Part shown: piece by piece, positions 39,308 through 52,421 of the stretch | Position numbering within the stretch: position 1 is the stretch's first letter | Layout of the letters: each line of letters starts with the position of its first letter | From: Geosiphon pyriformis uo1 | Taxonomy: Eukaryota; Fungi; Glomeromycota | Direction of reading: 5' to 3' | Assembly: GCA_016748015.1 (NCBI GenBank) | Contig: JAAOMT010000664.1 | Coordinates: 318,715-382,714, forward strand | Length of the DNA: 64,000 bases | Made by a program: the position numbers and the translations under genes | Notes under the pieces: generated by a model | Seen by the model: only the letters and a program-made list of their open reading frames with translations | The model's database searches: none | Told to the model about the DNA's origin: nothing

Positions 39308-40184
39308 TGTTACAGGTGATTCTTTCTGCTATCAAATTAAATAACAAACTCATAACTTGGTGCTCAAAGCTAATTGCCATTGATATTGATCTGAAAATTT
39401 AGTATTTGAAGGTTTTGGTTGAGTCCTTTGTATAATGAACAGAGATTCAAATGATGTCAATAGTAAATGTATCCTTCTAAGAGTTTTCCCAATTTTTTTC
39501 TCAGCATGGTGGCTGGATTTAGTCTGGCAGTCGTGCTCTTCTGGTAAGCTATCCGATAATATATATATAAAATCCTACCCTTATTTTTGGGTCTTTTACC
39601 AGGCTATCCTTGATGTCAATAACTCAGTGCTTAATCTTTTAATCAATTAATATACAACAACAAAATCAAAAATGGAAGAAAATGAAATAAATAAAAAATA
39701 AAAGTAAGGAAAGTAAAGAAAATAAGCCAAGGCAATTTGGTCCGTTAGTATCTTGTCAATAGCTGTGATCAAGAGCTATTGTTCTAGCATGGTTAAGTAT
39801 CAATTACTATTAACATGAAGTGTTGATAGTAGAGAGGGAATTGAGATATAGAATGATTATTTATTTGATGATTAGTTTTTTGGCTAAGGATTCTATGGTA
39901 TCAATTCTGTCTTTTTTGTTTTTAACACTACTGCTATATATATATAATTGAGATTTTTTAATTCCTCAATTCTTTACGACAAGAATCCTAGAATTTCTGG
40001 AATCCTGCAATTCCTTTGAGAGGAATCCTGGAATTCTGAAATCCTGCAATTTCTCATTGAGAATCCTGAAATTCTTGGAATCCTGCAATTCCTAAGAGGA
40101 ATCCTGGAATTCCACATTTACTATGCTTACTTCTGATTGGCTAATAATTATGCTAATATAATTTCTATATTTCTATGAGTAACA
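39308..40184 (-). repeat. 5' LTR (877 bp)
   Basis: Direct repeat of 30017-30893, ~93% identical by hand count. Confidence 0.97.
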
Positions 40185-40334
40185 ACAGTTTCAACCAAAA
40201 TGTCCTCATGGAAACCAGAGTCACCAAAATAAATAAAAACATGGTCAAATAACTTCACTCTATTACACAGCAAGCACAACACTCCAGAATAACTTCTGTT
40301 ATACAACCTCTTCCTAACTGTAACCAGTAGCCAT

Positions 40335-41168
40335 TGTTACAGGTGATTATTTCTGCTGTTGAAGTAAATAACAAACCCATAACTTGGTGCTCATAAAGCT
40401 ACTTCCACTGATGAGGTTCTGCGAGCATTGTATTTGAAGGTTTTGATGGAGTCTTTTGTATAATAAACAGAGATTTAATAGTTGTTTTATCCGTAGCTTC
40501 CCAGACTCATAAGTCTGTCAATTTTTTTCTCAGCTTGGTGGCCGGCAATCCTCTGGTAAGTAATCCATATTTTCTGTACGTGTCCTACTCTCTCACAGGG
40601 GTCTTTTACCAGGCAATCCTTGATGTCAGTAATCAGCGCTTTTCAATCAATGGGTTAGTGCACAATAATAAATCAAAATAAAATAAAGAAAAATAAGAGA
40701 AAAATAAAGAAAAAAAAGAAATAAGCCAAGATAATTTGCAGATTAGTATTCCATCAATAGCTGTGATCAAGAGCTATTGTTCCAGTGTGGTTAAGTATCA
40801 CTTATTATCAACATGAAGTGTTAATAGTAGAGAGTGGATTGAGATATAGAATAATTATTTATTTGATGATTTTTGTTTCTAGGCTAAGGATTCTGTGGTA
40901 TCAATTCTGTCTTTTCTGTTTCTAATACTACTGCTATATATACATAATTGAGATTCCTCAATTTCTCGATTCTTCATGACAGGAATCCTGCAATTTCTTT
41001 GAGAGGAATCCTGGAATTCTGGAATCCTGCAATTCCTCATTGGGGAATCCTGAAATTCCTGGAATCCTGCAATTCCTAAGAGAAATCCTGGAATTTCATA
41101 TTTACTATGCTTACTTCTAATTGGCTAATAATTATGCTAATATATTTCCTATATTTCTATGAGTAACA
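40335..41168 (-). mobile_element. Solo LTR of a sister subfamily (834 bp); TSD CCAT/CTAT
   Basis: TGTTACAGG...GAGTAACA. U3/R part is close to the full element's LTR, U5 part is diverged. The host LINE reads AVYKWLLV across the site. Confidence 0.92.
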
Positions 41169-43487
41169 CTATTTATAAACAGCCTTTATTAAATATGAGC
41201 ATAAATTGGCCAATTTTTTACTAGTAAACCCAAAAAACATGTATAAATCAGAATGCCAAATCTTTGTAATAGTCTCCTAATCTATATTTTTAATCATAGC
41301 ATCTGGAATTATATCATAACTAAAACCAGCCTCTTAATAAACACAGCAAATCAATCAGTGCAGATCATGAACAAAATAATGAACATTGTCAGATACAGCA
41401 GTATTCTCAGCAACCAAAAATCTCTTTTGAATTTTAACTGGCAAAAAAAAAATAAAGAAATGACTTTACTAACCAATGTATTAATCTTAATATTGCCTAG
41501 TATATCTGAATGTTCTTTAATCTTTATCCACTTAATTAAAATATTTTTATTCATAAGAAGATTGACTATCTGCAATTTTTCAATTCAACATTGGCTATAA
41601 AAGTTAGACACAGTAAAAAAAGTCTTAGACATACAGATATTAATTACAAATTAGCTGTTTAAGTACAAAACCACAAAGCATAAAAACAAAATGCATTCCA
41701 AAGCCAAAGCTACAGCTTGCAATTCAGTTAAAGTGAAAAACAGAAGCCTGGTTACCCTAATTCTAATACCCACATTTGGCTGGAAAGTAAGTAGCTGACT
41801 CATTTGTCACTTTAACAGAACCAGCACTTTTTAAGAACTCATCTATATAGACCTCAATATAATTAGACCACATCTCCAGTAAACTATTATGAACATCAGA
41901 AAACTTATTAGAATTCAAAACATTTAGCATATTTTTCTCATGAACAACAGCAGTCCCAACTTTCAAAGAAACAAATTTGTATATAAACTTAGACACTAAC
42001 AAGAACCAGTAAGACACAGGGCCCTTCAGATCCAACCACATTCAATGTCAAAATGTTTTCCAGTTCATTATATTTTTTTTTTGTTTAGAAGTCTGTTACC
42101 AAATGTGATACCAAATTGTTTCAATAAAAAAACAAATTTGTAATACAAAGACTGGTCCAAAATACCAGACATCAGAAAATTACTAGACTCACAAAAAGCA
42201 CTAAGCAGGTTATTTGCCAATAACAACTCATTTTTCAAAAAAATTTTTACCATCTCAGCCAAAAAATTGTTCACAGAACTGATATGCAATCTGACAAAAA
42301 ATTGTAAAGAATTCAGAAGGGACTATCTTAGAACTTGCAAATCCAAAAATCTATAATCAAATAAACATCCAAGAATATCACAGCCATTAGAAAATAAAAT
42401 TAGTAAAGCCAGTTTTCTTTTAGTCTGCACTTGCTCAAAGAATTTCAAACCATAGAAAAATGGATGATACAAAACTTCACTAGAAAAATCATATAACAAA
42501 CCAGTTTTGGCTCTAAGACTCTTTTTAATTAAAACATTTCACTTATAATACACACCTAAAGAAACAAAACTAAACTGCATATGAAAGCCAACTATGAGTT
42601 GTAAAACTGCTGAAACCAAGTAACAAAATTGTTTATTTATAATAGTCTTTCTTAATACCACATTAGAAAAAAACCTAACATCCATATAAGCTTGAGCCAA
42701 ACTGGGTTTAAAGAGACTCTCAGTTGATAAAAAAATACCCAAATATTAGTGTAATTCATCTTTTTTAGCAATTAAAATTGGCAAATTATTAATTAACAGT
42801 GAAGCAATCTTAACACTCTAATTGATGAAAATAGTACCATCTTATCATTATTAATTGAAATGTTATTGATTTCAAAAAACTCACTTGTAATGTTTAAAAT
42901 ATACTACATAGAAGTCTGACAACTTTCAACTCAAATTTTATCATCAACAAAAGCATTAGCAGCCAAAAAAGAAGTTTTCTTTTCAACTGCCTCAATTCTG
43001 TCAAACTTTGTTATAAACTTAGTATTTATTTTGTATTTGTATAAGTGTTTATGTCTTTTACTTCACACAAAAGTGGATTATAAAAAATCCTCCAAAGAAG
43101 TAAAAAAAAGATCTCCTTCTGATCCAACCTATTATGTACCTTATAACTATTTGAGAGCCCAAAATTTGTTATCACTCTGTTGATCCAATCCTTATAGATG
43201 TTTCCAAAAAACCTAATAAACCACTTACACATTTTGATGTGATACAAGCTTGCTTTCAAATGATGTCAGCTTACTAAATTATAAGCTTTGTACATATCTT
43301 ATAGTACCAACCAAAGCTCTCTATTCTTTTTTAAGACATTCTTAACAATTAACCCAATAGCAAAAATAGAAGACTGGGTTGAAGTACCTTTTAATACTAA
43401 AAAATTATCACTACAAAGAACATCAAATTTGCTACAAGCTGAAAATATTCAATCAAAAAGAATTTTAAATAAAATTTTATATGTTGT

Positions 43488-44239
43488 TATTACAGGAGAG
43501 TTTTTTTGGTATATTTTAATTGTTAATATTCCATTTTAATTGCAATTAGTCTTTTGTGAGTTTCTCAATTTTATGTATTGGATATTAATAATAATGTACT
43601 GAAGGTTTTTTCTTGATGTTGTAATATAAGTCTTCTCTTTAATTCTAGTTGTCTTTGTATGTTGTGTACTCTTTCTTAAAGGCTAATCTGAAATTTATCT
43701 ACTGGTTGGAGTTTTTTTTGAGACTATTCTTGCAATTATCTGATGTGTTTTTCTAATTTAGAAACACAGAATATTAATGGCCTTTTCGCAATTTTTTTAA
43801 GTATATAATAAAGCTTTTTTAATTTAATTAATAACTATGTAAATAATTTTGATTATGAATTATTCTTCCAAAGGGTTCAAAGATAAAATAATAGTTTTAT
43901 TTGCTAGAGAAGATATGTGAATTTTATTGTTAATTTCATAATTGTAATGTTAATTCAATTTATTATTTTTATTAATTCTTTTTGAATAAGATTTTATTTA
44001 GATATTTGTTGCTTTAAGTTAAAGCTGTTAAATTTTTTATTATTAAAAACTATTATATATATATATAATTATTGTTTTACAAAATAATATCTTGTAATAC
44101 TCTATTTCTGTTATTTCTAAATAGTGCTTGCTGTTATTTGTAAATCATTTCTTTTTTTTTTATAAATTGTTGCTATGCTATTTTATGATTGACTAATTTA
44201 TATTATTTATAATTTCTATTAAATTCTTAAACCGTAATA
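43488..44239. mobile_element. Older solo LTR of another family (752 bp); TSD TTGT/CTGT
   Basis: Termini TATTACAGG...CCGTAATA (decayed TGTTAC...GTAACA) interrupt the LINE RT between RPIVLVDT and TYKILFKIL. Confidence 0.75.
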
Positions 44240-47200
44240 CTGTATCAACCAATACAATAGGCCTAATATTTGTTAAAACATCATTCTATTCATAAGATTT
44301 TGGAATTATTGAAACTCATGCTCTCTTCTAGAAAGCCAAAACTGCATCCAGACTTAAACACAAATTCAACAGCTTTAAAAAACAGGCCAATATCTTTTTA
44401 CCACAATGTTTTCAAGGTTTATTAAATATTTCTAACAACTTGGTTGGTTTATTATTTGGCAAATTATTAATAACCAAAGACAATTCTTTCATACTAATCT
44501 CTTTTATTACATCTGAGAAAGTATTATCATTTACATAATCCAGAGACATATATTGTTAAGACCAAAAGTCAGGCATTTTTGAGAACACTAATTGTTTTTT
44601 TGTCTACCCTTTTATAATCTCATTAACCTTGAGCTTTATCTTATTAAATTCAATCACTAATTTATTATCTATTACTAAGTGATCCAAAACTACTTTGTGA
44701 AATAGATGTTTCAAAATGCTTTTTATTATCTGTTCTTTGTTAGAACAAAAATTTTCTATATGATAGTCAATTGCCTTCCTAATAGTCATATTTTTAGCAA
44801 TCTTAGACTTACAATACTTAGACCTCCAATATGTTTTTTTTACTACTGACAAATGCTTAACCAAATTTATTGAACTTATACTATTTAAAACTATGCTAAT
44901 AACTTTAAATGCTTCAATCTTATCAATAGTTAACCAAACTTTAACAAGACAGTTAAAATTCAAAAGATCACTAAAATTCTAATATTTTATAATCTTTGCA
45001 ATAAACAGCTTTAATTTAAAAAATTTTGAAGATTGTTTATTTCTTGAACAATCATACTTACTATACCAAATTTTAGAGAACACTACATTAGCAGCTTGTA
45101 CCATGACTTCTTTTAGCATTTTTCACATTGTATTTAAGTCATTATTGCTTTTTGCATCCTTGAATATGTTTGACCTAACCAACAACTCAGCAGAAGAATA
45201 GTCCTTAAAGCCCAATTATTAAATGTCATCTATATCTCTCAATTTGAACTTTTACCAGTTTTGGTTGGCTTGCTTGCAAGTGCTAATAAGATAAGCATCC
45301 AGAAGTCCATTCAAACTGATTAAAACTGAAACTGACTTATAATCTGTATCAAAAAACTTTGACATGTTATCAATTTTATGTGATGTAATTGCAGACACCA
45401 AATTTTTACTTATAAAAATAAAATCAATCACTTTTTCAACACTCTTAAAATTGCTCCAAATAAAAACTTTGGCTAGCAAATATTTATTAAAAGTGTTAAC
45501 CAGGCCCAAATTCAAACAGAACTTAAAACTTGCACTCCTTTTAGATCTATTTTCATTAAAATTACCACCCAAAATCATGAAAGAGCTGGAATTAACTGTT
45601 TTAACCATTATAGAATTGATATCAGCAACTTGGCCAAAATGCATACCAACAGATATACCAACATAAAGACCCAAGATTGTAACTGAAAGCTTGTTTTTGA
45701 ACAGAAAACACACAAAAATTAAATGACCAGAAATCTTATCCACTTTTGACACATGTTAAACCAAAGAATTATTCATGATTATAACAATTTTAGCATCACA
45801 AAAACCAGCATCTAAACCAGCAATAAAGACCTGAATATTATCAAACTTATTTATAATTCAAGATCTAATGTTAGATCTTAATTTTGTCTTAGTAACAATA
45901 AAAATTATATTACTTAAGTTTTTATGTCAACAAACAATGTTTTCCTGTTTAACTAAATTTGTTATATTTCTAATATTACATGTAGCCATTCTCCAAATAA
46001 GCTTATTTATTGAAGCAAATAATGTACTAAGAAACCCAAATTTGTGTACAACAGATCCAACTTCTTCAAAATTGAGCCAATAGAAACTTTAAGAGCCACT
46101 ATCTTAGATTTCAAACCACCAACTTTAGAAGTAAAAACTTTTAAACTACTCAGATCTAAATCTACAACCTTGTCTTTTAATACTAAAGAAAAAGGAAAAA
46201 GAAATAGCCATGGGACATCCAGAATCATATCAATACCCAATATTGACAACATAAAAACAGAACTAACTGAAGATATAACATAAGAAACAAGCACCAAGAG
46301 TACCAACTCCACATCATTTAATCTGTATATAATGCTTAATACTTGATTAACCAGCAATTCCAAGAAGCATTTCAGAGAGGCCAATCATACACTTAGAGAA
46401 AAATCATCATTAAGAGAAGAAAAAAACCTACTATTGGAACCTAAGACACCAAAAAAGAGACCAGAACTAGAACCATTGAAAGAAACATGAGAAACAAATG
46501 CTGTTAAGACCACCTGGGCCCAAGATTTGCCACCAAAAGCAGCAGAACAAGAGATAAGAACACTTTTTTTAGCATATAACTTGGCCAGTTGAAGGCAATT
46601 TGTCTCAGAAACAGACTTTTTAAATAATTTTGGGGGCTTAAAAGCAGACATATCTGTTGTATTACACTTCAAAGCAAAATAACCAAACTTCCCATATTTT
46701 TTACACTAAACCAGATCTAACCTTGCCCAAGAGAGTTTAATACTATCTAAGATTGGCTTAGTGCAATATGCAAACTCCATATCATTTCCTAACTTAAAGC
46801 CAACTACAGTACAGTAAATTCTATTGCCAATATTCAATGATTGATTAATGATACAAGTTTTTTCACTAACTTCTTTCAAAAGAGTGTCCAAATTATAAGC
46901 AGTTGTTTTCACAGACAAAATAAATAACAGAACTCTGAACTAATTTTTTAATGTCCAGATATTGCAATCTCTCACAGTTATAGCTATGTGCACTAAATTT
47001 TTTTCAATCAAGAAAGATTATTTAGCAGCTAATTGTTCAGTCTAATCTGATTTAGCAAATTCTACCATAGCTTTTTGCCATATTTCAATCAACTGAATTT
47101 TGATTGACTTAATTTCACCAAATTCAGATACTGCAGCAATGATCATTTTTTTTGGAAATTTTTTTGATGATCACAGTCTAATCTAAACATATTCTTTGTT

Positions 47201-49186
47201 TTTTAACATTAATATTTGTAATGATCTCATTCTTCTTGGCCAATGAAGCAGTCTTTTTCATATTGATCTCTAAAGTGAAGATAGATTTAATGATATCTTC
47301 AAATTTTGAAAGAGTAGTGGCCTTTTCAAAATCATTAATTGACAAAAATAATTTTCTGATTAATTGGGTTTTAACTATGACAGATTTGTCTTCTATTGTT
47401 AAAAAATTAATATCCAAAGTGAATAACTTCTTGACCGACACTTTTATTAAAGTTTTGATAATTTTTGGGTCAATCCACTTCTTGTTCAAAGAAATGGACA
47501 AATGAGAGAGAAGAACAACTTCATTATTATTCAAATAAAAATTGGAAGAATTAAGCAGAAAGCCAAAACCAGTATTAGTATTAATATACTTTGCTTTGGC
47601 AGTAGTAACAGCTGAGCCCAAAAGAGACCTACTATTCACACCAGTTATGCTAACATTCTTATTATCACCAAACAGACTATCTATATTAGAATACATTATT
47701 ATCAGACCCAGATTTATTCAAAGAAATATTTTTTTTATCACCAGAGTATTTGACATTTCCAAGAATAACTTTTTTCTTCTGAAAAAAGAACCACTAACAA
47801 AACCATGAAAAACACTTTTGAGTGTCTTCTTTTTAGGCATGATGTTACTTATAGTAGTCTTTAATTTCACGAAAAATAGATTATTAAGTGAAAAAATATT
47901 AATATAAACTAACAAAAAAAAAAAAAAAACTTTTTTTTTAGAAAATGCATTAATAAAAAAATTAATTATTATATTAGCATTAAATTTTTTTATTTTAAAG
48001 ATATTTGTTTTAAAATTAAAATAAGCTTGATTTTTATTATTTGTTTTATAACTACTATCAGCCAAAAAAACACTATTTATTTTTCTGTTTTAACTTATTT
48101 TCATGTTTAAAAATCTGTTAATAACAATTAAAGCCTTATTTAAGAATATATATTTTTTATTTTTTAAATATTTAATATTTTTAATTAAATTTTTTTGTTT
48201 TAAAAAAAAGTGCTATTAATAAAACTATAAACAGACTCTTTTGTTATCTTTTTTTTGACATGTTATTATTAAAAACAATTGTTAAATTTGTCACAAAAAG
48301 ATTTATGTCTTTAAAAATATTAAAATTGATAAAAAAAACTTCTTTATTAAAATAATGTTTTTTAAAAAATTTGAGATGTATGAAAGAAAAAAGTTTTTTT
48401 GAATGTAATTTAAAACATAAATATAATTAAAATTATTATTAATGTTTTAAATAAACATTATTTTAATAATAAAATACATAAAATTTAAATATAATTATAG
48501 TTTTAAATTAATAAAAACTTTATTATAAAATTATAATAAATTGTGTAAATTATATTATAAATATATTACAAAATTAAAACTCAATATTATAATAATAATA
48601 CTAATTTTTAATATTTAATTATTTAACAGTTTATTTTAAAAAACTGTTAAATGTGTAAAAATATTAATATTTTTTATTAATATTAATAAAAGTTTAAAAA
48701 ATTGTTAATAATCTTTTTTATGAATTCAAGTATTAAAAACTAATAAATTTAAAACTTTAAAAATATCAAAGTATTGTTATTTTTAGTATTAATGCCACCT
48801 TTAATGAAATACAAATAACAAAATAAAAAATAATTATACAAAAGTTGTAAAATATGAATCAAAATTAAATCTATTGTTTGTACTGCTTAATTGCTAATTA
48901 TGATAAAATTATTCTTTTTTTATTAAAGGGTTAACTGTTTCCTTTTCAGATTATTTTTATTGATGGTAGCAAAAACGCCATTTTGGAAACTAAGAGACTT
49001 TCGCCTCAAGCTGATAAAGTGTTTGTGATGCCTAATTACCTAACTTATCAAAAACCAGTGCCAGTGATATAATCAGTTAGTGTTACAACCAATTATTTTT
49101 TGATCATTAGACTCTTGTAACTTGACTTAAAGCTTCAAGGCTTCAATACAAGTCAATTTTCCCTTCAACCAACGAAACTTTTTAAT

Positions 49187-52158
49187 ATGGCTAAAGTTAA
49201 TCCTTTTATAGCACTAAGTGAAGTCGAGGAAGTCGTTGACTATGAGGCTCTCGAGGCAGAATCATGGAGAGATCCAATTCTTCCCACACAAACGTCTCAG
49301 GATGCTGAAGACACTACTGCTTGGAGAGAAGACCTAGCAAGTAATGCTGTAAAAAGGGCTAACCTGCCGGATGAAGTCTGGTTGGTAGGTCTTATTTGTG
49401 GGCACTGATCAATTATGTCAATCATGGTCTTTTACCTTTCTCTAAATAAAGGATTTATTTCACTTCTTGCAAAATAATCTTGTCATCAACATATTCAGAT
49501 ACCGCCTAATATCCGTCCCATCGATATTCTGGGCGACAACAAGAAAATTAACATGCAACGTATTGTGGGTAACACTAATACTCATATGCAATACAACGAA
49601 ACTGAAGCAGTAAGCATTGAGCTAAAATATTTTATCAGAACTCAACAAAGGATTTCCTGTTTTCTCATCCTAATGTGTCTGTTAGATGAAGATTCCAAAT
49701 ACTGAAACAGTTTTTTATTACAGCAAATTGAAATTTGGGGAACTCGCCAAGATTTAGATCAAGCTCTAAAACAATGGAATTCTTTAGCCTCCAATCTTTT
49801 AACGGTAAATATGCCTGTCACATTTTGCCTCTGAAATTACCTTGAGCCTTCGAACACTTCTATGTTTCATTCGAATTTTAAAGGAACAAGAACAAGAACG
49901 TAGGAAAAGAAAAGTTAAGGGCTGGGCGAAACCTGAAAAGGCCTTGACTGAAAAGCAACTTGCGAAACTTGAAAGGAGAAGAAAACGAGAAGAGGAACAA
50001 AAAGATTATCAAGGCTATCCTCCTGATCGAAAATTATTCAATGGATTCTTTGTGTTTCCTAATAAAGAGATTCCAGTGGCCAAAATTGTTGGTGAGAAAG
50101 AAGAAGTCTTGAACCCTGTTCGGGCCGAAACGAAATGCTATATGTGGTATGAACCTGGAGAAAATGTATGGTTTAAAAGTTCTCTTAATATTTAATATTC
50201 TGTTATTATCCTCTTTAAACAATCACCTTCTCTTGTATAGTTATTCAAAGTTGTTGGGGATGATTATGGGAGTGTTGAAGAAGCAACTTTACGTATAAAG
50301 CACCTTTATCTCAAAATAGTCGCGGTAAAGATCCCTTTATTTTTATTGGCTTTGCAAAAGAATTTTATATTAATTCTCCACATTTTATCAGCTGCGATCT
50401 ATTCCCAAAATTGCCCGTGATGAACCCACAAAATCTCGAGGCTGGAGTTATCACATGATAGAGCAGCCTCAGAAACCTACAATGGTTAAAATATCAAAAC
50501 CCCCAACGAATTTCAAAGGTCCACATGATGTGACCGGTATTATAAAACTTTTAGAGCCTGTTTTTCAAGGGGGAGACCCATCATCTGTCCTCGAAAAAGG
50601 GGTAGCGACGGAGGAAAAAGAATCCAAGACAAACGCATATTACGCTGCTACACAAACGTAAAGTTTTGATCATTCTCTATTCAAAATCTGCAAATCTTTT
50701 TACTTTGTATTTATTAACGTGATCCTATTCTCAGAATTAATACGCGTAATCTCGCCAAGATTGAGAATGCGCTTCTTCAAGCTTTGGCTACAGTTCATTT
50801 ATTTGATGAAGAAATCAAGATGAGAATCAGGTTAGCAAGCTTTTTAGTTCACTCAATGCTATTATGCTTTTAAAGTTGCGTCTTTCATACCACATTTATG
50901 GCCCGCTAGGTTTGGTCACGTGTGTCTTACTGATTTTCCCAAAGAACCCTTATGGCCAATCGACAAATTAAATGACAAAATTTTAAGTGATTCTCGCCTG
51001 CTATCAAAGTTTGCCACATGGTATGTTTTACTAGTCCTTTTTATTTATTTATTTATTTTATTAAAATTTCAAATTAAAAATATATATTTACCGATCTTTA
51101 AAGCCTCGCGGATAATAAAGAGGCGCTCAACCCTTTATTTGAATCCCTTTCGGAAAGGGAACAACAATGGGAAGGTTCTCCCTTTCGTGAATTCAAGATT
51201 CGTGCCACTCGTCTTCCTACAGCCCGTGGCACTGAAAAATGGCAATGCACATTTGATGTTCAATTTAAAAAAGATGATAAGATTGGATTATGGAACGCTG
51301 TAACAAATGAAAAACACGTGATAGATATCAATATGGCATGTTTGGAGAAGTGCGTGGAAAATCATTGAAACAATTTTGAGTTCTGTTTTTATTATTGAAT
51401 TATCTCTTCTACTTGGTTATTTAGTGACTATTCGTGGCGCCTCAATTTGGAGACGGCTAAGCGCTTATCTAACGATAAACACTCGCCACAAGGGATCTTT
51501 GTTTATCGTTTACGAGTTAGGTATGACGAACGATCAAGGATTTTACCATTTTTAAAATGCTATTTACTCTTCTTAATACTGTGATAATCCGGCAAATAGC
51601 CCATCCAAACATTTAGTATATACCAACACCGAAGAAGTTCAAGTAACTTCTGTTTGCGAAAAAACAAAATGGAAATATTGGTGGAATGATGATTATGTCG
51701 TAGAGGTAACAAGATATGAATTTTGGAATTGCGAAAAATACATGACAATCAGCCCTGGCGTGGAAATTATCCTGGACCGTGATGGCGCAGTCAACACAAG
51801 TTATGGCGTAACTGTAAGGTTTCTAAATATGGGGGATTGTTTCAGGAGCTAAATAAATCACTGATTATTTAACGTTCTGTCAGTTTTATCGAAAATCATG
51901 GGACGATGATTTCGCATTCAATTGTTCTCTGGGAGTTGGCGAAGCCCCAGATTGGCATCCTACCGATATTCTTGACAGAGACAAAACAGGAGGAGTAGAC
52001 GGCTTATTACAAGAAATTCACAATTTCATAGAGACTTTGGAACAAAAAGTGCCCATCCGGGTGGTAAGATTTACTCCTTCTTATAGTTTAATTGATTGAA
52101 TCTTATCTGATTGGAGCCCTTTCTATTTTAGCAAACTAATAGCGAAGGACTAAGATAA
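49187..52158 (+). CDS. Uncharacterised multi-exon fungal protein with two degenerate KH-like repeats
   Basis: Spliced frame: IPPNIRPIDILGDNKKINMQRIVGNTNTHMQY.../QIEIWGTRQDLDQALKQW; FPNKEIPVAKIVGEKEEVLNPVRAETKCYMWY/LFKVVGDDYGSVEEATLRI; later KMRIR/FGHVCL; ends QTNSEGLR*. The KH assignment rests on pattern only. Confidence 0.75.
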
Positions 52159-52421
52159 TTCCTTAAAGATTGAATGATTTTTCGTCTCCCATCCAGGAGT
52201 ATATCCATTGAAGTTACCGTATCAATGGTAATTCTTGCTCATTTAAATTGACCATTAAAAAACTCTTATTTAAGGTCTATAGCTAAAATTACGCAACATG
52301 AGGGACGCAAATTTCTCAAAAATCAACTTCCACGAGAAGTACAAAACAACGTTTTCGTTGGAGGCTCCCAACCACAGGAAATCAATTGAATTTTTTTTTT
52401 TGGATCTTGTTTGGCTTATCT

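Larger units (their letters stand above)
33039..39353 (-). pseudogene. Gag-PR-(Cys-rich)-dUTPase-RT-RNase H polyprotein: single frame, many premature stops
   Basis: All track ORFs from 33039 to 39170 that carry element domains share one frame. Capsid MAYAPITKLDNFTG (~38260), CHYCGKQGHIQIDC, protease LILDSGSAGS, dUTPase, RT (RFCIDYRKLN, MPFGLTNAPATFQ, YLDN from YLDD), RNase H (TTDASG, VYTDHKGL, NADGLSR). Confidence 0.92.
30017..40184 (-). mobile_element. Full-length Ty3/Gypsy LTR retrotransposon with dUTPase; 4-bp TSD ACAG (30013-30016, 40185-40188)
   Basis: Two 877-bp LTRs TGTTAC...GTAACA, PBS, PPT, and domain order Gag-CCHC-PR-dUTPase-RT-RH-IN. Confidence 0.97.
29440..47880 (-). mobile_element. 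Full-length decayed LINE (~6.7 kb once insertions are removed): ORF1 47840-46007, ORF2 46010-29559 (APE, RT, RNase H, Cys motif), interrupted by three LTR insertions
   Basis: APE (SFMILGGNFN...VIDFIFIS...FFDTDYK, 45252-45752), RT (LKGTSTQSSIFAIG; AFVDD ~42940), RNase H (41.4-41.9 kb), C-terminus 29559-29828 and 3' UTR. The reading frame rejoins across each insertion. Confidence 0.9.

Noticed and set aside
33039-39353. Many in-frame TGA stops as an alternative genetic code or readthrough
   Set aside because: TAA and TAG stops also occur, all fit single transitions from CGA/TGG/CAA/CAG, and host genes use the standard code (BRO1 and PRP46 end in TGA).
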